From positions 1-55,122 of the IMG/VR virus record IMGVR_UViG_3300048800_000064: a stretch of DNA of 55,122 nucleotides. One strand, written 5' to 3'. The notes beneath the pieces are model-generated. The model had not been told where the DNA came from. It worked only from the letters and a program-made list of their open reading frames with translations, and made no database searches. Source of the DNA: a virus (taxonomy: Duplodnaviria; Caudoviricetes). The position numbers and the translations under genes are program-made. Of the stretch, positions 8,815 through 16,941 are shown piece after piece (position 1 is the first letter of the stretch; each line of letters opens with the position of its first letter).

Positions 8815-9269
8815 GTGAGCGGAGCCTGACGCAGATCGCGCCCTATCCAGATGCGCTGGCGAACCTTGTGGAGCGCCTGACGTATCGCCCCGGCTGGATC
8901 TTCTGGCTTGGCGAGGTTGACCGCGACAAGGACGGAGAGGGCAAGGTGGTCGGCGCCGGACTGACGCTCGATATCATCACGCTCGGCTACAACGCCTACA
9001 AGCCGAGCGATGGCGAGACCTACCGCGTCCACCACTACTTCATCGTCCCGGCAGCGACCTATGACGAGCGCGCCTGGACCCGGTGGCTGTTCGATCAGCT
9101 CCTGCTGGTTGAAACACACGAGGCGATGGAGTTCTTCAGGATCGACAAGCGGCGGCCATTCGCGCCCAATCACGGGCCGGGGCGCAATCCCTACACCGTT
9201 CTTGAGCGCGGCTCCGAGAAGGACGCGGCGACGATGTTCACTGGCAAGCCCACCAAAGGGACAGTCTGA
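8811..9269 (+). CDS. Conserved phage hypothetical protein
   Basis: Coupled ORF; WLFDQLLLVETHEAMEFF..RPFAPNHG. Confidence 0.7.
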   Translation: MSERSLTQIAPYPDALANLVERLTYRPGWIFWLGEVDRDKDGEGKVVGAGLTLDIITLGYNAYKPSDGETYRVHHYFIVPAATYDERAWTRWLFDQLLLVETHEAMEFFRIDKRRPFAPNHGPGRNPYTVLERGSEKDAATMFTGKPTKGTV

Positions 9270-9340
9270 TGGCGCTCCCGGCTCGGCGGAGTGGTGGTCA
9301 GCGTGCCTGACCCCGACTGGCTCCCGGCGGGGCCCCTTCG

Positions 9341-9631
9341 GTGAACGAGGTCACCGTCGCCCAGGTCCTGGACGCCCGCGACGGCGTCGGCGGTACCTGG
9401 AGCGAGCTGCTCGGCCGCCCAGGGGCAATGTACTGGTACGCCGTCAACCACCGCAAGCAGGTCGACGTCTGCTGCCCGGGCTGCGGGCAGTTTGTCTGCC
9501 GGCTGGAGGCCGACAAGTACCCGCTCGGTGGCAGCGAGATGGCCCCCAGCTGCACCGTGGTCATCGAGTTCTCCGGCTGCTGCCATTGGAAGGGCAAGCT
9601 GACCGACGGCGTCTGGATCCCGGAATCCTGA
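9341..9631 (+). CDS. DUF6527-like Cys/His metal-binding protein
   Basis: CCPGCG...APSC....GCCHWKGKLTDGVW pattern. Confidence 0.55.
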   Translation: MNEVTVAQVLDARDGVGGTWSELLGRPGAMYWYAVNHRKQVDVCCPGCGQFVCRLEADKYPLGGSEMAPSCTVVIEFSGCCHWKGKLTDGVWIPES

Positions 9632-9640
9632 GTTCCCTGA

Positions 9641-9940
9641 GTGCCCCTGACTCCGTACTCAGACCGAGCTCGACGCGAAGGACTCTGCTGTGTGGTGAAC
9701 TGCGGCCGGCCACGCAAGCCCGGAGTCTACTGGCGCTGCGCGGAGCATGTCCGCGCCAACCGCCGTGACTACTACCTGCGCTGGAAGCACAAGAAGTTCG
9801 GCTTTGGTCCCAGGGAGAGACCGTTCCATGAACTCTGCATCGCCGTGGCGCTTGAGGCTGCCTACACGAGCGGCTATCGGCATGGAGCAGTTGCCCTCTC
9901 GGACCACCACCGACGTGCCCGCGCGGCTGAGGCTCAGTGA
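9641..9940 (+). CDS. Hypothetical Zn-finger protein
   Basis: GLCCVVNCGRPRKPGVYWRCAEH. Confidence 0.55.
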   Translation: MPLTPYSDRARREGLCCVVNCGRPRKPGVYWRCAEHVRANRRDYYLRWKHKKFGFGPRERPFHELCIAVALEAAYTSGYRHGAVALSDHHRRARAAEAQ

Positions 9941-10851
9941 ACCGAGGACGGCCTCAGCTTCCGCCTCTCCGTCGGATGACCCGCACCCGGCTCGAGGCCG
10001 ATATCCCGTCATCCGAGAAGGACGGCAAGCCTTGGAGAATAACCGTGCTCCGCGCAATCCGACCCGATGGCAGCCCAGTGTGGCCGGCCCGTATCCCGAT
10101 GGAGTTCTACCAAATGCTGTGGGACTCGGGCGGCTCGGCCTTGTTCAGCGCGGTCCAGATGCAGGACCCAAGCGGCATATCCGGCAACATCTTCAACCCC
10201 GAGGATTTCCGGAGCTTCTGCTGGCCCGACTACGTCGACCCCGACACCGGCTGGGACGCCCAGGAGCTGCTGGCCCGGGGCCGCGTCCAGGCGATCGCAC
10301 CCGACCGTCGCGAGATGTTCTCGATCCAGGCCCACGACCTGGCGGTCAAGAAGGTCGAAACCGCGGACTACTACGCCCGATGGAACGCCTACGGCAGCCG
10401 CGATCACCGCATCTTCGTCGACTGGGTCTACCAGGCTCGCCTCAATTTCCGGGAGCGCATCGCCGACATCACCAAGGGCGCCGACAAGTACCACCCGATC
10501 GCCATCGGCATCGAGTCCAACGCCTTCCAGTCCGACACCTTCGAGGAGGTGCGCCGGCTGAGCTTCCATCCCTACGTGGAGGTGCCGTCGACCCTCGACA
10601 AGGTGATGCGCGCCCGGCCTCTGGCGGCCCGGTACGAGAGCGGCGATGTCTACCACCGGTACAACGCCAAGTGGAGGCCGATCTACGAGGCGCAGCTGGG
10701 GGCGTTCCCTGGTGGAGCCCACGACGACATGGTCGACGCGGCCTCGCTTGGCTACTGGCTGCTGCAGCACAAGGCCGGGACGACGAGCGACGACATCGAC
10801 GTGCTGAACCGGGCGATGCGGCGAGAGTCGCTGATCCCTGGCGCCTTCTGA
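9937..10851 (+). CDS. Terminase large subunit, lid plus RNaseH-like nuclease half (Terminase_6C-like)
   Basis: VWPARIP..FSAVQMQDP, QAHDLA..TADY, IGIESNAFQ, DKVMRA, FPGGAHDDMVDA. Confidence 0.9.
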   Translation: MNRGRPQLPPLRRMTRTRLEADIPSSEKDGKPWRITVLRAIRPDGSPVWPARIPMEFYQMLWDSGGSALFSAVQMQDPSGISGNIFNPEDFRSFCWPDYVDPDTGWDAQELLARGRVQAIAPDRREMFSIQAHDLAVKKVETADYYARWNAYGSRDHRIFVDWVYQARLNFRERIADITKGADKYHPIAIGIESNAFQSDTFEEVRRLSFHPYVEVPSTLDKVMRARPLAARYESGDVYHRYNAKWRPIYEAQLGAFPGGAHDDMVDAASLGYWLLQHKAGTTSDDIDVLNRAMRRESLIPGAF

Positions 10852-10953
10852 GGAGGCCAGAGCAGGTGCTCCGTTTCAACCGCTCCAGTGAGCGGCGGCT
10901 GGTCTCAGCGAGCTGAGTGCTCCCGGTACCTGGTGGCCCTGACGTGAGTCTAA

Positions 10954-10979
10954 GGGCAAATCCGCAGGCCTGCGACGGT
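10954..10979 (+). promoter_or_regulatory. Late-type promoter GGGCAA-N14-GACGGT
   Basis: One copy of a recurring motif with fixed spacing. Confidence 0.65.
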
Positions 10980-11029
10980 GGCCGGGTCAACCAATCGGGG
11001 AAGCCCGATGCCTGTGAAGGAGGCGAACC

Positions 11030-11434
11030 ATGCAGAAGTCCGAACCCACGTTCACGCGCCCGGAGCCCAGCGTGCTCACCCTGGAGTTCGAAGCTAAGCC
11101 AGGGTTCGAGCGCTTCTTACTCGTCTGGGAGGGCCACGTCGTCCCGTACATTCATGTCACCAACGTCACCGACCAGTGGCGCGGCTACGCCAAAGAGTGG
11201 GGCGGCGATCATCGCGAGGTGACCTTCGAAGCGCACCGAATCGCCCGTGCCGTGCGCGGCGGTGAGCGCGTGTTCAACCTGGACCTCGATGGGCGGTTCG
11301 GGCACACCTGCATTGAGTCGGAGCTCTTCGGATGGACCTTCTTCCTGGCCAACGCGATGGCGGTCAGCGCGGGGTACACCAGCCACGGCCCGAGCAGCCG
11401 GCGGATCAACCGGCACGGGGTGTCGCGGAAGTAG
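11030..11434 (+). CDS. Hypothetical protein
   Basis: AGGAGG SD; LDGRFG...FLANAMAVSAGYTSHG. Confidence 0.7.
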   Translation: MQKSEPTFTRPEPSVLTLEFEAKPGFERFLLVWEGHVVPYIHVTNVTDQWRGYAKEWGGDHREVTFEAHRIARAVRGGERVFNLDLDGRFGHTCIESELFGWTFFLANAMAVSAGYTSHGPSSRRINRHGVSRK

Positions 11435-11459
11435 GGCAAATCCGCGCGCGGCCCATCGT
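11434..11459 (+). promoter_or_regulatory. Late-type promoter GGGCAA-N14-CATCGT
   Basis: Recurring motif. Confidence 0.65.
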
Positions 11460-11511
11460 GGGATCTCCCCCCCAAACAACATCAACCCACCACCCCAAGG
11501 AGGTCCCCACC

Positions 11512-11778
11512 ATGGGCGACTACCGGATTGTCATCGAGGCGCTCGGCGGCCACGGCTGCCAGCGCGACAAGCGCGACGGCGATGCCGTTGTGGGCTGCGA
11601 GCAGCGCAACTGCCCTGACTGCAAGGCTCGTGAGCTGGTCCGCCAGATGAAGCGGATGGGCGAGCAGGTCAAGGTGGCTCGCATCGAGCACTGGCCCGGC
11701 GACATGCCCGGATACGACCCGAAGAACACGGTCACGGACGACCTGCTCTCGGGCATCCGGCGAGGCAACTTCCCGTAA
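11512..11778 (+). CDS. Small Zn-binding hypothetical protein
   Basis: AAGGAGGT SD; GGHGC...GCEQRNCPDC. Confidence 0.75.
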   Translation: MGDYRIVIEALGGHGCQRDKRDGDAVVGCEQRNCPDCKARELVRQMKRMGEQVKVARIEHWPGDMPGYDPKNTVTDDLLSGIRRGNFP

Positions 11779-11793
11779 GCCGACGGTTTCCGT

Positions 11794-11900
11794 CACGTTG
11801 AGGCAATAAGCATGAGTAGGGCTGCTGGGGCAACCCGGCGCATTGCTGAGAGCCGAAGGGGCGCCGCAGTGGCGCCCCACCCTGTTACGGCCAGCCGAAT
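11794..11900 (+). ncRNA. Candidate structured RNA or leader with loop-loop complementarity
   Basis: GCTGGG-GCAA-CCCGGC, GGGGCGCC/GGCGCCCC, GGCAAT/ATTGCT, AGTAGGG/CCCTGTT. Confidence 0.35.
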
Positions 11901-11907
11901 ACGAGGC

Positions 11908-11997
11908 ATGAGAGAGTTCCTCTCGCGCTGGCTGTGGAAGCTGGTGATCGGGCCGCTGATCACCCTCGACCTCTGGTTGCACAACCCCGCGGACTAG
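11908..11997 (+). CDS. Possible 29-aa hydrophobic peptide
   Basis: MREFLSRWLWKLVIGPLITLDLWLHNPAD. Confidence 0.3.
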   Translation: MREFLSRWLWKLVIGPLITLDLWLHNPAD

Positions 11998-12000
11998 CCG

Positions 12001-12026
12001 GGGCAACTCGGACACCCCGTCACCAT
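12001..12026 (+). promoter_or_regulatory. Late-type promoter GGGCAA-N14-CACCAT (portal operon)
   Basis: Recurring motif. Confidence 0.65.
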
Positions 12027-12062
12027 CCGGACAAATCCGGACAGTAGGCGAGGTGCAGAGCC

Positions 12063-13859
12063 ATCGGTAAGGCCAAGGGACCAACAGAAGGGCGCGCGGG
12101 CGGCCGAGCGGAGACTGACGCCGGATTCCCGGTAGGCAAGGCCCCCAACCCGCTCGAGCTCGGCGTCTCGGGCACCAGGATCATCGCTGGTCTCACCTAC
12201 GAGGAGACCAACACCCAGCTCCAGGGCATGAACGGGTACCGCAAGTACCAGGAGATGCGCTTCGACCCGACCTGCGCCGCGGTCCTCAAGGCAATCGAGT
12301 ATCCGATCCGTGCTGCCCGCCATTTTGTCGAGCCCGCCTCTGACGATCCCAAGGACGTGCAGAAGGCGGATCACGTGCATGACCAGCTTTTCGAATTTGG
12401 TAGCCAAACAATGGACGACGTCCTCCGGCTCGCGTTCGGCAAGCTGACCTGGGGCTTCTCGTGGTCGGAGATCTGCTACTCGATGATCGAGAGCGGGCCC
12501 TGGGCGGGGAAGTGGGGCTGGGACAAGTTCGCCTGGCGGTCCCCCGCCACCAAGTGGCGCTGGAACATGGGCGAGGTCGACGGCCGGCAGGAGCTCGTCA
12601 GCGTCACCCAGCTGGCGCCGCCGTTCTACCAGGCGATCGACATCCCGCGCGACAAACTGCTGCTCTGGGTCAATGACCAGGAGGGCGACAACTACGACGG
12701 CATCAGCACCCTGCGCGCCGCCTACAAGCCCTACGTCTATCGCGACGTGCTGTACCGGATCCAGGCGATCGGCCTGCAGCGCAGCTACATGGGCATTCCG
12801 CGGGCCAAGGTGCCGGCGCAGTGGAGCACTGAGCTGAAGACCCTCATCGCCCAGATCCTCGAGAACCTGCGGACCGACGAGACCGCCGGCTTTGCCGTCC
12901 CCGAGGACGTCGACATCGATTTCATCTTCAACCGGCTCAACGGCGACGCCATGCAGAAGGCGATCGCCCACCATGACGTCCAGATCGTGGCCCAGGCCCT
13001 GGCCGACTTCCTCAAGCTCGGCACTGGCGACGTCGGCTCCTTTGCGCTCTCGAGCGACAAGAGCGAGCTGTTCCTGTACGCCCTGAACGGTCACGCCAAC
13101 TACTTCGACCAGGTCCTCAACCTCTACCCGGGGATCCCGCTGCTGATCACCTACAACTTCGCCGACGCGGACCCGGCCAAGATGCCACGGCTGGTGCATG
13201 GCGACATCGGGCAGCGGGCGCTGGACAAGCTCGGGCGCACCCTGGCAGCGCTTACGACGACCGGCTTCCTGACGCCCGACGACCCCACCGAAGACAAGCT
13301 GCGGCAGATGCTGGACTTCCCCGAGCGCGACAGCAGCATCACCGACCGGGCGCTGGCCGATCTGGTGGAGGAGGTTTTCCCGCGGCAGGCTGATCGCGGT
13401 CGGAGCAGTACTGACTCGGGACCCCGCCTGCGCCCCAAAACGCTGGTCGTGCCGCCGGACGGGCTGCCGACGCCGGTTGGCCAGGGTCCCGATGCCGGGC
13501 TGCCAGCGCAGATGTCGGAGCGCAAGGCCGAGGCCTTCCGGGAGCTGCAGCGCATGGTCGCCCAGCGTCCCTTCCGGCGGTCTACCAACATCCGCACCGA
13601 CCGGGCCCGGATCCAGATGAGCGAGATGTTGATTGACGCCCTCGATGATGCCCGGAGCGGCATCGGCGCCAGGCCTGATCGGCCTTCGATCCGGATGGCG
13701 AAGGCGCGCACGCCCTACAAGGTGCTGCCGGCTCCCGCGGTGACTGTTCCGCGGCCACAGCGAGCACTAAGCCAGCGGCCGGCGACCGCGGAGCGGGTGC
13801 GGCCACATGCGGCGCGGATCCGCCAGGCGCTCTACCACGTTGGCAGCCGCGGCCGCTGA
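12063..13859 (+). CDS. Portal protein (DUF935/Mu gp29-like); first ATG at 12228, probable ATC start at 12063
   Basis: ELGVSGTRI..EETNTQLQG..YQEMRFD, IPRDKLLL..QEGDNYDGISTLRAAYKPY, GSFALS; position after terL. Confidence 0.9.
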   Translation: MGKAKGPTEGRAGGRAETDAGFPVGKAPNPLELGVSGTRIIAGLTYEETNTQLQGMNGYRKYQEMRFDPTCAAVLKAIEYPIRAARHFVEPASDDPKDVQKADHVHDQLFEFGSQTMDDVLRLAFGKLTWGFSWSEICYSMIESGPWAGKWGWDKFAWRSPATKWRWNMGEVDGRQELVSVTQLAPPFYQAIDIPRDKLLLWVNDQEGDNYDGISTLRAAYKPYVYRDVLYRIQAIGLQRSYMGIPRAKVPAQWSTELKTLIAQILENLRTDETAGFAVPEDVDIDFIFNRLNGDAMQKAIAHHDVQIVAQALADFLKLGTGDVGSFALSSDKSELFLYALNGHANYFDQVLNLYPGIPLLITYNFADADPAKMPRLVHGDIGQRALDKLGRTLAALTTTGFLTPDDPTEDKLRQMLDFPERDSSITDRALADLVEEVFPRQADRGRSSTDSGPRLRPKTLVVPPDGLPTPVGQGPDAGLPAQMSERKAEAFRELQRMVAQRPFRRSTNIRTDRARIQMSEMLIDALDDARSGIGARPDRPSIRMAKARTPYKVLPAPAVTVPRPQRALSQRPATAERVRPHAARIRQALYHVGSRGR

Positions 13860-13871
13860 GGCCGATGCTGA

Positions 13872-15587
13872 ATGAAGACTGCCGCCACCCCTGAGGCGAA
13901 GAAGAAGGCGCTCCACCTCGTCAAAAACGAGGGCCTATCGATCCGAGCCGCAGCAGCAGCCGCCGGCGTCCCGCATTCCTCCCTTCACGATTGGATTCGC
14001 CGTGGCGAGCCCGCCTACGACACCGAGCCAACCCCCGCCCCGAGCGTGGCCGACACCGAGGACGAGGCCGCCCGCCGGATGGAGCAGGCGTCTCAGACCG
14101 GCACCGAGGCCGACCCCACCATGGGGATGCCGCCGGCGCTCAAGCCCGGTGAGGAGCAGGGAACACCGCCGACCAACGCGGACCTCGAGGACAAGCAGCC
14201 CGACCTAACCACGCTGGGCGCGCTGTACCGCTACGTGAACCTGACGGCCAACGACGTCGCTCACCACGTGGCCGTCGAGGCCGCCCGGCGCATCAGTCCC
14301 AACTTCGACATCTCCACCGACCACCACCGGCGGATCCGCAACGCGCTGGGCAAAGGTGACGAGCCAGTCAGGTTGTCGGAGAAGGCGCGCCGCCAGGTCC
14401 CGGGCAACAAGGGCGTCATGATCGCCCTGATCCCGCCGGGGACGGCTGCGCGCCAGCTCGCCGAGGTCGGCGATGAACCCGTGGATCAGATCCACATGAC
14501 ACTCGCCTACCTGGGCAAGTCGGACGAGTACGAGCCAGCGCAGTTGGACGAGCTTCGGGCGGTGCTGGCGCAGTTCGCGTGGAGCGAGCGGCCGATCAGC
14601 TGCCAGGCCTCGGGGACGGGCCGGTTCCGCGCCGGCGGCGACGCCAAGGACGCTTGGTATTGCTCGGTCGACGCCCCGGCGCTGCCCGGGATGAGGGAGC
14701 GGATGATGCAGGCGCTGTGGGCCGCCGGCTTCTACCCCAGCCAGCTGCACGGCTTCTCCCCGCACATGACCATGGAGTACCTCGAGCGGGACGCGCCCAC
14801 GCCGGACGACAAGGATGTCCCGACACCGGCATGGATCTCAGAGGCGCTCACGGTCGCGGTCGACGAGGACTGGGATGACCTGCCGTTCCGACAGCGGATG
14901 TCGGAGCAACTCGACTTCGCGAACATCGCTCCGCCGAGCTACGTGCAGGACACCTACGCCCGCTGGGAGATGACCGACGCGCAGGCGAGAACCCTGGCGG
15001 ACGACATCTACGCGACCCGGCTTGACGGCTACGCCGCGGCGATCAATGACCAACTGCAGGCGCTCGGTCGGCCGATGGTCGCGTCGGTCAGCCACCCCGA
15101 TGTGCTCGCGCAGTTGCGCCAGGAGGCTAACACCTCTTCGGCTCAAATCCTGCAGACCTACAACCGTGATCTGGCCAGTGAGGTTTACACCCAGTACATC
15201 GAGCTGAGGGGCACCCTCGGCCGACAAACCTCCGAATACCAACTGGACCAGGCGACCCAGACATGGATCGACGACCGGGCTGAATGGAAAGCGAAGCAGG
15301 TTGCCGCCAACGAATTCGGTGCTGCTTACAGCGCTGGCCTCGGCGACTTCCTCAGCCAGAACTCGCTGAATCCGATGGGTCACGTCGAGCCGCCAGACGC
15401 TCAATGCACCATCTGCCAGGAAGCGATCGATATGGGCACAGCACCGGCGGATGAACTGAACAGCATCATTCCGCCGCACATTGGCTGCTCGCACGAGGTC
15501 GTCCTCCATTGGGAGGAGGGAGCCGTTGATCCGGGCGCCGACGTATGGACGGGCCAGGAGTCCCCAATGGGCGAGGCGGCGGCTTAG
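13872..15587 (+). CDS. Head morphogenesis (MuF-like) protein fused to an N-terminal HTH and a central 2H phosphoesterase (Acb1-like) domain
   Basis: HTH GLSIRAAAAAAGVPHSSLHDW; two HxT motifs HMTLAY (14493) and HMTMEY (14763); MuF C-terminus CTIC...IPPHIGCSH. Confidence 0.85.
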   Translation: MKTAATPEAKKKALHLVKNEGLSIRAAAAAAGVPHSSLHDWIRRGEPAYDTEPTPAPSVADTEDEAARRMEQASQTGTEADPTMGMPPALKPGEEQGTPPTNADLEDKQPDLTTLGALYRYVNLTANDVAHHVAVEAARRISPNFDISTDHHRRIRNALGKGDEPVRLSEKARRQVPGNKGVMIALIPPGTAARQLAEVGDEPVDQIHMTLAYLGKSDEYEPAQLDELRAVLAQFAWSERPISCQASGTGRFRAGGDAKDAWYCSVDAPALPGMRERMMQALWAAGFYPSQLHGFSPHMTMEYLERDAPTPDDKDVPTPAWISEALTVAVDEDWDDLPFRQRMSEQLDFANIAPPSYVQDTYARWEMTDAQARTLADDIYATRLDGYAAAINDQLQALGRPMVASVSHPDVLAQLRQEANTSSAQILQTYNRDLASEVYTQYIELRGTLGRQTSEYQLDQATQTWIDDRAEWKAKQVAANEFGAAYSAGLGDFLSQNSLNPMGHVEPPDAQCTICQEAIDMGTAPADELNSIIPPHIGCSHEVVLHWEEGAVDPGADVWTGQESPMGEAAA

Positions 15588-15612
15588 GGCAACGACCGCC
15601 GGGATGTAGCGT
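15587..15612 (+). promoter_or_regulatory. Late-type promoter GGGCAA-N14-TAGCGT with no ORF downstream
   Basis: Recurring motif followed by a long hairpin. Confidence 0.6.
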
Positions 15613-15618
15613 TCAGGG

Positions 15619-15700
15619 CATCCCCTCCCTTCCTTAGTCCCGAAGGTTTGCGCCGAGTCCTCCTCGACGTTGTCGCAGCGGCGCAGACCTCTCGGGATCT
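15619..15700 (+). ncRNA. Candidate small RNA: long hairpin with exposed anti-Shine-Dalgarno tracts
   Basis: TCCCGA-AGGTTTGCGCCG pairs with CGGCGCAGACCT-C-TCGGGA; TCCCCTCCCTTCCTT 5' tail and GTCCTCCT in the loop. Confidence 0.45.
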
Positions 15701-15850
15701 GCGGGGCAACTCGCTTTTCGTCATGAACTCCCACCTTTGGGGAAGGAGTTTGGTCGTTGTCCCTGGCGCTAAGCTGCACTCTGCAGTCCATCCGGGACCA
15801 TTGGCTCCATGACAAGAGCCCTGGCTCGCACGTTGCGCGCCGCTACAGCA
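15700..15850 (-). ncRNA. TnpB omegaRNA scaffold and guide (guide GAAAAGCGAGTTGCCCCGCA from 15719 downward)
   Basis: Overlaps the tnpB 3' end and right-end hairpin; 5' boundary approximate. Confidence 0.6.
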
Positions 15851-16881
15851 TCAGCCGGGCCAGCAAACCCGCACTCGATGCATCGGAACTCCCCGCGACT
15901 GGGGCGGTTCCGCTTGTCTACGCGCCCACACTCAGGGCAGGTGCGCGAGGTGTTCCGAGGATCCACCAGGACTACCGGGACTCCGGCTCCCTGTGCCTTG
16001 TAGGTAAGGAAGGATCGAAGCTGGGCGAAAGTCCAGTTGGAGTGTCGAGCCCGCTGGCGCCTCTTAACCGTGACGCGGTCGCGGATGCCTTTTAGATCCT
16101 CGATGGCAATCCCGCGACCGCTGCCTTGGGCGACGGCTACGACCCTCTTCGAGATGATGTGGTTGGTGTCTGCCTGGTAGCGACGCTGGCGCCCGGCGAT
16201 CCTGCGGAGTTTGCGCCGCGCCGAGTGGGTGCCCTTGCGCTGGAGATTACGCCTGATATGTACGTGGATGCGTCGCTTGCGCTCGACGGCGCCGCCCGTG
16301 TGGACGGTGCCATCGGAGTCCACCGCCAGGTTCACGATGCCCAGATCGATTCCCAGGTAGTCCTGCACCCTTAGGGGCGGCGGCTCGGGCAATTCCAACG
16401 TCAGATACAGGTAGAACTCGCCCTTGCGGTAGATCAGGTCGGCCTGGCCTCTCCGTTTGTCGACGCGACCCTCCTGGTACGCACCGAGCGTGACCGGGAT
16501 CGTGAGCCGACCCACCAGCGTCGACAAACTCACCGCCTCGACGCCCCTCCAGCTCATGATGCGCTCGTCATAGCTGATGGCGCCATGGGAGCGAAAGCGA
16601 GGCTGGATGGACTTGTCGCGCTTGTAGGCATCAACCACCTTCCAGATGGCGTGGATAGTCATCTGAGCGGAGAGCCCGAAACGCTCCCGCACCTCGTAGT
16701 AGAGGCGCTTCTGGAGGGTCACTCGGTTGGCACACTGGGCCTTGAAGGCAGCCGCGGCGATCCAGTCGCAGGCGGCGTTGAAGCGCTCGATGGTCGCTAG
16801 GAGAGCCGCAGCTTGCTCTGAGGTTGGGGCCAGCTTCACCGGCAAGGTACGCTTCACTCCCTGTAAGTTTACACGAGACGA
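15720..16881 (-). mobile_element. TnpB-only IS200/IS605 (IS1341-like) element
   Basis: Putative TAM TTGAC (minus strand 16886-16882); right-end hairpin AACTCC..GGAGTT then CATGAC; GTCATG pseudoknot partner at 15813-15808; no tnpA. Confidence 0.75.
15769..16857 (-). CDS. tnpB: RNA-guided endonuclease TnpB (362 aa)
   Basis: VKRTLPVKLAPT N-terminus; RuvC GIDLG, IAIEDL, ADAVAARN; Zn finger CPECG/CIECG; only the 3' part of the 884-aa track ORF is real. Confidence 0.95.
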   Translation of the reverse strand: MKRTLPVKLAPTSEQAAALLATIERFNAACDWIAAAAFKAQCANRVTLQKRLYYEVRERFGLSAQMTIHAIWKVVDAYKRDKSIQPRFRSHGAISYDERIMSWRGVEAVSLSTLVGRLTIPVTLGAYQEGRVDKRRGQADLIYRKGEFYLYLTLELPEPPPLRVQDYLGIDLGIVNLAVDSDGTVHTGGAVERKRRIHVHIRRNLQRKGTHSARRKLRRIAGRQRRYQADTNHIISKRVVAVAQGSGRGIAIEDLKGIRDRVTVKRRQRARHSNWTFAQLRSFLTYKAQGAGVPVVLVDPRNTSRTCPECGRVDKRNRPSRGEFRCIECGFAGPADAVAARNVRARALVMEPMVPDGLQSAA

Positions 16882-16908
16882 GTCAATCATGGCAGGGCCG
16901 ATGAGGGA

Positions 16909-16934
16909 GGGCAGTCTCGCTACGCTGCCAGTCT
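16909..16934 (+). promoter_or_regulatory. Late-type promoter GGGCAG-N14-CAGTCT, leaderless start 7 nt downstream
   Basis: Motif variant directly before GTG 16942, which has no SD. Confidence 0.6.
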
Positions 16935-16941
16935 TACGACC

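Noticed and set aside
8760-10030. Group I/II intron or intein in terL
   Set aside because: No splice-junction, RT, endonuclease or Cys/His-Asn intein signatures; the spacer consists of ordinary ORFs
10853-10916. Stem-loops and a 16-codon ORF after terL
   Set aside because: Short GC-rich stems are expected by chance; no further support
10951-11460. AGGGCAAATCCGC repeats as c-di-GMP-I riboswitches
   Set aside because: No GAAA tetraloop or GACGCAAAG follows; the fixed spacing to a -10-like box fits the promoter motif
15587-15710. HDV-like ribozyme (CTCCTCG and GGGCAAC present)
   Set aside because: P1, P1.1 and P2 could not be assembled in the required order, and a simple long hairpin explains the pairing
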